Positions 6,152 through 10,079 of a stretch of DNA of 10,079 nucleotides are shown one piece after another. The notes beneath the pieces were generated by a model, which worked only from the letters and a program-made list of their open reading frames with translations, was not told where the DNA came from and did no database searches. The stretch covers positions 1 to 10,079 of the forward strand of contig CAXHAT010000248.1 of the NCBI GenBank assembly GCA_964014485.1, in the 5' to 3' direction. The stretch comes from an uncultured Deferribacteres bacterium (GTDB lineage Bacteria > Zhuqueibacterota > Zhuqueibacteria > Zhuqueibacterales > Geothermadaptataceae). Within the stretch, counting starts at the first letter, position 1; each line of letters begins with the position of its first letter. The position numbers and the translations under genes were made by a program.

Positions 6152-7650
6152 GCCGCCGCCTCTCTGTTTTCTTGCACGTTCTTGTGTATCTTTTTGTTAA
6201 AAATCATAAACAACGCGATGATGACGCCCCAATGTACGAGACATGTTCCCATACTGAATACGCCAGTTGGATCAAACCACTGCCACAGGCGTTCTCCAAA
6301 AGAGAGCGGCGCTTCGGGCGTTGAAGTCGGAAAAATCTGGTAAAACCACCAGCCGATCAGAACAATAAATTGAATTGGGATCAGGTATTTAATCGCGATT
6401 TCATACCATTTTCCAATATGAATGTCGTTTTCCTTTACGTTGACAAGCTGCTCCCGGAATTTGGATACGCCGTACTTGATTGCCGTGAACGCGACGAAAA
6501 ATCCACTTAAGAGCAAGCCAACGCCCCAAGCCCAGTCCTGACGCTGAAAAAAGTCAATGTCAATAGCGGAAGGCGCGCCGAGCACAAATGCGATGAGCCA
6601 GACAAAAAGGGTGGATTTCTTTCTCGACCAGCCGAAATCCATTAATGATCTTACCGCAAGTTCGATCATGGCAATCAAACTGCTGATTGCCGCAATGGCA
6701 AGCGCGAGAAAAAAGATGAAAAGGAAAACGCGCGAGTAGGGCATTTCGTTGAAAAGCTCAGGGATGTAGATAAAAGTCAAACCCGTTGAAGCCGGTCCGG
6801 GATTGCTGATCAGCGTTTCAGGCTGGGCGGCAAGCGCGAAAACGGCGGGAAAAATGACTAGCGCGGCAAGCAAAGACGCGCTGTTGTTACCAAGCCCGGT
6901 GATAAAACTGTTGAGCGCGAAATCTTCTTTTTTTCGCATATAGACGGCGTAGGTCATGATCAGGCCCCATCCCGCCCCGGTAGACCAAGCGGATTGCGTT
7001 AACGCATTGAGCCAGACTTTGTAATCCGTCAGAGACGACCAATTAGGTGAAAATAAAAACTCCAGGCCATTTAAACCGCCGTCTAAAGTCACGCCGCGAA
7101 TAAAAGCAATAATCAAAAGAACGAATAGCGCCGGAATTAAAAGCTTCGTTGCTTTTTCAACCCCGCCGGTAATGCCGCGCCCAATAATAAATGCGCCAAT
7201 GGAAATGCTAATAAGGTGGAAGAAAACCGTTCTTCCCGGGCTGTCCATCAAGCCTTCCCAGTAGACGGGGCCGTCAACGCCGGCAAGTCCGCCCGAGACG
7301 GATTCGACCATGTAGTTTAGACACCAGCCTGCGACGACAGAGTAATAGAACATAATCGCGATAGTACAAAACGCGACGAATCCGCCCATCCACGCGTACT
7401 TCTGGCCAATGATGCTGCCGATAGCACCAACGGGGCCGACGCGCGCTTTTTTGCCGATGGCCATTTCTGTGATGAGCAATGGAATCGACCACAAAAACAG
7501 AAAAATCAGCCAGGGAACGAGAAAAGCTCCGCCGCCGTTATCCGCAAGAATGCGCGGAAACCGCCAGATATTTCCCGTACCAATCGCCATCCCCAAAGCC
7601 GCCAGAACCAGCGCCCACCGCGACGAAAAAAACTCTTGTTGTCGCGCCAT
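6148..7650 (-). CDS. Sodium-dependent transporter, NSS/SNF (SLC6/LeuT-like) family
   Basis: FSSRW...GMAIGTGNIWRFP...NGGGAFLVPW, EMAIGK, FYYSVVAGW, GVEKATK. About 11-12 hydrophobic segments, and a GGAGGGAG ribosome-binding site upstream. Confidence 0.96.
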   Translation of the reverse strand: MARQQEFFSSRWALVLAALGMAIGTGNIWRFPRILADNGGGAFLVPWLIFLFLWSIPLLITEMAIGKKARVGPVGAIGSIIGQKYAWMGGFVAFCTIAIMFYYSVVAGWCLNYMVESVSGGLAGVDGPVYWEGLMDSPGRTVFFHLISISIGAFIIGRGITGGVEKATKLLIPALFVLLIIAFIRGVTLDGGLNGLEFLFSPNWSSLTDYKVWLNALTQSAWSTGAGWGLIMTYAVYMRKKEDFALNSFITGLGNNSASLLAALVIFPAVFALAAQPETLISNPGPASTGLTFIYIPELFNEMPYSRVFLFIFFLALAIAAISSLIAMIELAVRSLMDFGWSRKKSTLFVWLIAFVLGAPSAIDIDFFQRQDWAWGVGLLLSGFFVAFTAIKYGVSKFREQLVNVKENDIHIGKWYEIAIKYLIPIQFIVLIGWWFYQIFPTSTPEAPLSFGERLWQWFDPTGVFSMGTCLVHWGVIIALFMIFNKKIHKNVQENREAAA

Positions 7651-7673
7651 CCATCTCCCTCCGTTGTGCTAAG

Positions 7674-8492
7674 CTACCCGTAAAAATAAATCAATCCGAC
7701 AATCCCAACCGCGAAGCAGTACCAGGCGAAATAGTCGAATCGGCCGCGGCGCACCAGCGACATGAGAACCTTTATCGCCGCGTAGCCGGAAATATATGAA
7801 GCAATGAAGCCGACGACGAGCGCAAGTACAAAAGCGCTTTCCGGCGGCTGTTCCATAATGTCTTTAAGTTGCAGAACAAAAGCGCCGGCAATTGCCGGAA
7901 TCGCCATCAAAAATGAAAATCGCGCGGCTTCTTCGCGCTGAACGCCAAGTAACATGCCCGTCGCTATAGTGCTGCCGGAACGCGAAATTCCAGGAAAAAT
8001 GGCCAAAGCTTGCGCCACGCCAATTATGACGCTTCGGCTCAAAGTTACTTGGCCGTCTGCCTTCAAACCGATTCTTGAAAGCAAAAGAATGATTCCAGTA
8101 ACCAGTAATAAAAAGCAGGCGATCACAGGGTTCGCAAAAGCGCCTTCAATCGTGTCTTTAAAAAAAAGCCCGACGATAACGGCCGGGATCGTCGCCCAAA
8201 TGATGTACGTGATGTAGCGAATCGCGCCGTCGTCTTTTTGCGGCGCAAACGGATCGCGTTTTTTCGGTGTAATAAACGCGACCATGCCTTTTAGGAGCCA
8301 AACGATATCTTTTGAAAACGCCGTAAAAACTGCCAGCAACGTACCCAAATGTACGACGACTTCAAATAAAATGCCTTTTTCGGTAATTCCAAGAATCGCC
8401 TTGCCCAAGGTTAGATGACCTGAGCTTGAAACCGGCAAAAATTCCGTCAATCCCTGCACAACGCCTAAAATAACCGCTTCCCAGATGCTCAC
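7674..8492 (-). CDS. uppP: Undecaprenyl-diphosphate phosphatase (BacA)
   Basis: LGVVQGLTEFLPVSSSGHL, HLGT, ATIPA, QALAIFPGISRSGSTI, AARFSFLMAIPAI. GTG start with AAGGAG upstream. Confidence 0.97.
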   Translation of the reverse strand: MSIWEAVILGVVQGLTEFLPVSSSGHLTLGKAILGITEKGILFEVVVHLGTLLAVFTAFSKDIVWLLKGMVAFITPKKRDPFAPQKDDGAIRYITYIIWATIPAVIVGLFFKDTIEGAFANPVIACFLLLVTGIILLLSRIGLKADGQVTLSRSVIIGVAQALAIFPGISRSGSTIATGMLLGVQREEAARFSFLMAIPAIAGAFVLQLKDIMEQPPESAFVLALVVGFIASYISGYAAIKVLMSLVRRGRFDYFAWYCFAVGIVGLIYFYG

Positions 8493-8619
8493 ATGAATCT
8501 CCTTAAATTCCCTTCACAGGTTCCACAAAAAACTATACCTGCTCCTTATAGCGGCAATGCGCAGCGATTGCGACTTACGATGCGGGAAAGAGACGAAATC
8601 ATTGAAAATCAGCGATTTG

Positions 8620-8648
8620 AATATATTAGAAATGTCATGACGCTACAA
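8620..8648 (-). promoter_or_regulatory. Possible sigma70-type promoter for the uppP-transporter-holA unit
   Basis: Minus strand TTGTAG-N17-TATATT about 130 bp upstream of uppP; motif match only. Confidence 0.3.
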
Positions 8649-8664
8649 GTGAAAAGGCGCTAAT

Positions 8665-9010
8665 TCAGGCGGGATTGGAGACGGCCTTCGGGAAAAGACT
8701 CCAAACGCCGATCAAGGCCAAAATCGCAAGGTTTGGCAAAAGGAGGGGGTAAAAACAGGTGCAAAGAGCCGGTACGAGAGCCTTTGCGTCACATCGTGCG
8801 CAAATTTTTGTCCTTCCAAACCGCTCATGTGGCAGGTCGCGCAGGTGGGAACGGACATGTCGCGTGCGGCGCGTCAAGATTCATGTATTTTCAAGGTCGG
8901 CCGTGGGGGTGGGACACTTCAACCGCAGGGCGTTTCGAATTGATAATCAGCGCGGCGATAATGAGAGAGGTTCCGAGGAAAATAGCGACAAAAACCGACT
9001 TAAAAGACAT
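8665..9010 (-). pseudogene. Collapsed, frameshifted remnant of a HAO-like multiheme cytochrome c gene, probably fused to the tail of a membrane-protein gene
   Basis: GGAG RBS and ATG 9010 give MSFKSVFVAIFLGTSLIIAALIINSKRPAVEVSHP (membrane anchor), with a stop at 8891. A second frame (8858-8712) gives MSVPTCATCHMSGLEGQKFAHDVTQRLSYRLFAPV, with CxxCH at 8829-8843. A third frame ends in a hydrophobic helix LLLPNLAILALIGVWSLF, with a stop at 8665. Confidence 0.72.
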
Positions 9011-9075
9011 TTTCGCACTCCCGGCTTGAGACTATTCGAACAATGAAATCAGAGGGATTTTCTTCCTACGGCAAT

Positions 9076-9645
9076 CTAATCAGAAATCTTAAAAAGTATG
9101 CCGACGCGAATCGCAAACTGCTCGGACTCGCCGCCCAGCGTCCACATCACGTCGCCGACGCCGTCGAGCTTGTCGTTCAACGCGTACCTTACGCCGACCG
9201 TAGCGTCCAATCCAATTTCCAATTCAGAGCCGCCAAGATTACGCGTTTCTTGCGGCAAAGCGTCATCATATGACGTGTTCAGGAAATTCAGACTCAACCC
9301 CGCGCCGAAGTAAGGCTTGTACTTGCCGCCCTGGATCGACAAAGGCACGATTGCGGTTCCCCCGAGAATAAAATCGCTTTTTGAAACGCCGCCGCTTAAG
9401 GTATCGAAATTTGCAGAAGACGACCAATACCCCAAACGACCGCCAAATTTAACTTTTGAAGAAAATTCGCCCAAGTCGGCCATTGCTTCATACATAACAG
9501 TCCCGCCATATATGCCTTCCGGGCTGACATAACCAAGCTTGGCTCCCAGCCCCTTCAAACCAATTTTAGACTGCGCCGAGGCGACAGCACTTAGCGACAT
9601 CACAAAAAAAACGACTACAAAAAACTTTTGCGCGACGGTCTTCAT
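9076..9645 (-). CDS. Outer-membrane beta-barrel protein (8-stranded OmpA/OmpW-like, porin family)
   Basis: Signal peptide ending AVASA|QSK, alternating amphipathic strands (GLGAKLGY, KPYFGAGLSLNF, IGLDATVGVRY, FAIRVGILF), 189 aa, and an AGGAGGA ribosome-binding site. Confidence 0.82.
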   Translation of the reverse strand: MKTVAQKFFVVVFFVMSLSAVASAQSKIGLKGLGAKLGYVSPEGIYGGTVMYEAMADLGEFSSKVKFGGRLGYWSSSANFDTLSGGVSKSDFILGGTAIVPLSIQGGKYKPYFGAGLSLNFLNTSYDDALPQETRNLGGSELEIGLDATVGVRYALNDKLDGVGDVMWTLGGESEQFAIRVGILFKISD

Positions 9646-9786
9646 CTACACGTTCCTCCTCAACACCTTCTCGATTAGAACTTTTACCTTCACCATCCCG
9701 GACTGCAAAGCTTCAGGCTCGCATTCGCATTTCATTTGTTCAGGAACTGTCCCAAAACATGTTCTCCGTATCGTAGACAACAATGT

Positions 9787-9814
9787 GTAGGGGTTCAAAA
9801 TTTTGAACCCCAAC
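9787..9814. repeat. GTAG-type REP-like palindrome
   Basis: GTAGGGGTTCAAAATTTTGAACCCCAAC: perfect 22-bp palindrome at 9790-9811 that extends to 28 bp with one mispair and begins with GTAG. Confidence 0.7.
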
Positions 9815-9943
9815 CGGATGTTATGCGCCACTTTGTAACTGATGTTACGCACTCTTAAAAATTTCTCAAGCAGCACCAGAAAACGTCGCTTTTACGTCAT
9901 TCCCGCGCAGGCGCGATAAAAAGAATGTGGATAACTTGCACCT

Positions 9944-10079
9944 TGTCCCGGAGGGACATTCGAAAATAGCCAGCCAATTCATTGGCTGGACTGAAGTTAC
10001 GCCCGATTTCCATAAAGTCCCGCAAGGGACGATTGAAGTTGAGCGTCGTGTAAAAATCTCAGTCGTCCCTGCCGGGACT
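9944..10079. repeat. Composite REP-like multi-hairpin element (GTCCC-N3/4-GGGAC units)
   Basis: TGTCCC-gga-GGGACA (9944-9958), CCAGCCAA-ttca-TTGGCTGG (9970-9989), and AGTCCCGCAAGGGACGATTGA (10016-10036) paired 18/21 in inverted orientation with 10059-10079. It reaches the window end. Confidence 0.75.

Noticed and set aside
2252..8217. Numerous short plus-strand ORFs opposite the HtrA-like, anti-sigma, sigma, holA, NSS and uppP genes
   Set aside because: Antisense to well-supported genes, with no motif or RBS support.
8665..8877. 70-aa minus-strand ORF (and plus-strand ORFs 8733-9029, 8759-9046) as independent genes
   Set aside because: Most of the 70-aa ORF is an off-frame reading of the cytochrome remnant; only its last ~25 codons look protein-like.
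8650..9030. Possible RNase P RNA or tmRNA in a ~370-bp apparently non-coding gap
   Set aside because: No complete rnpB signature (GAGGAAAGTCC ... AGAACCCGGCTTA) or tmRNA termini were found; decayed coding sequence explains the region.
9646..9876. 76-aa minus-strand ORF upstream of the OMP gene
   Set aside because: It runs through a REP-like palindrome and the OMP RBS with no recognisable domain; more likely promoter/UTR sequence. No riboswitch consensus was recognised either.
9926..9934. Perfect DnaA box TGTGGATAA
   Set aside because: A single 9-mer with no box cluster or dnaA-region genes; insufficient to call an origin or regulatory site.
9944..10079. CRISPR array interpretation of the right-edge repeats
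   Set aside because: The repeats are short, include inverted orientation, are unevenly spaced, and no cas genes are present.

Overview
Bacterial chromosomal window in which every credible gene lies on the minus strand. In transcription order (right to left) it holds: a cluster of REP-like palindromes at the right edge; a secreted outer-membrane beta-barrel protein; a heavily decayed remnant of a multiheme cytochrome c locus (not in the ORF track); uppP; an NSS/SNF sodium-dependent transporter with an unannotated 34-aa MetS-type small subunit; holA; an ECF sigma factor with a likely autoregulated promoter; a zinc-binding membrane anti-sigma factor; an HtrA/DegP-like trypsin-PDZ protein; rtcB; a ~200-bp MITE-like element; and the 5' end of murJ (not in the ORF track). 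The best candidate for an undescribed system is the sigma/anti-sigma/HtrA module. All three catalytic-triad positions of the HtrA protein are substituted (His->Ser, Asp->Gly, Ser->Asn), while the anti-sigma ends in a PDZ-ligand-like C-terminus (-VLSF). This suggests a pseudoprotease-based envelope-stress switch, which is an inference. The host is a diderm, possibly of the FCB group (weak inference). No rRNA, tRNA or CRISPR array was seen.
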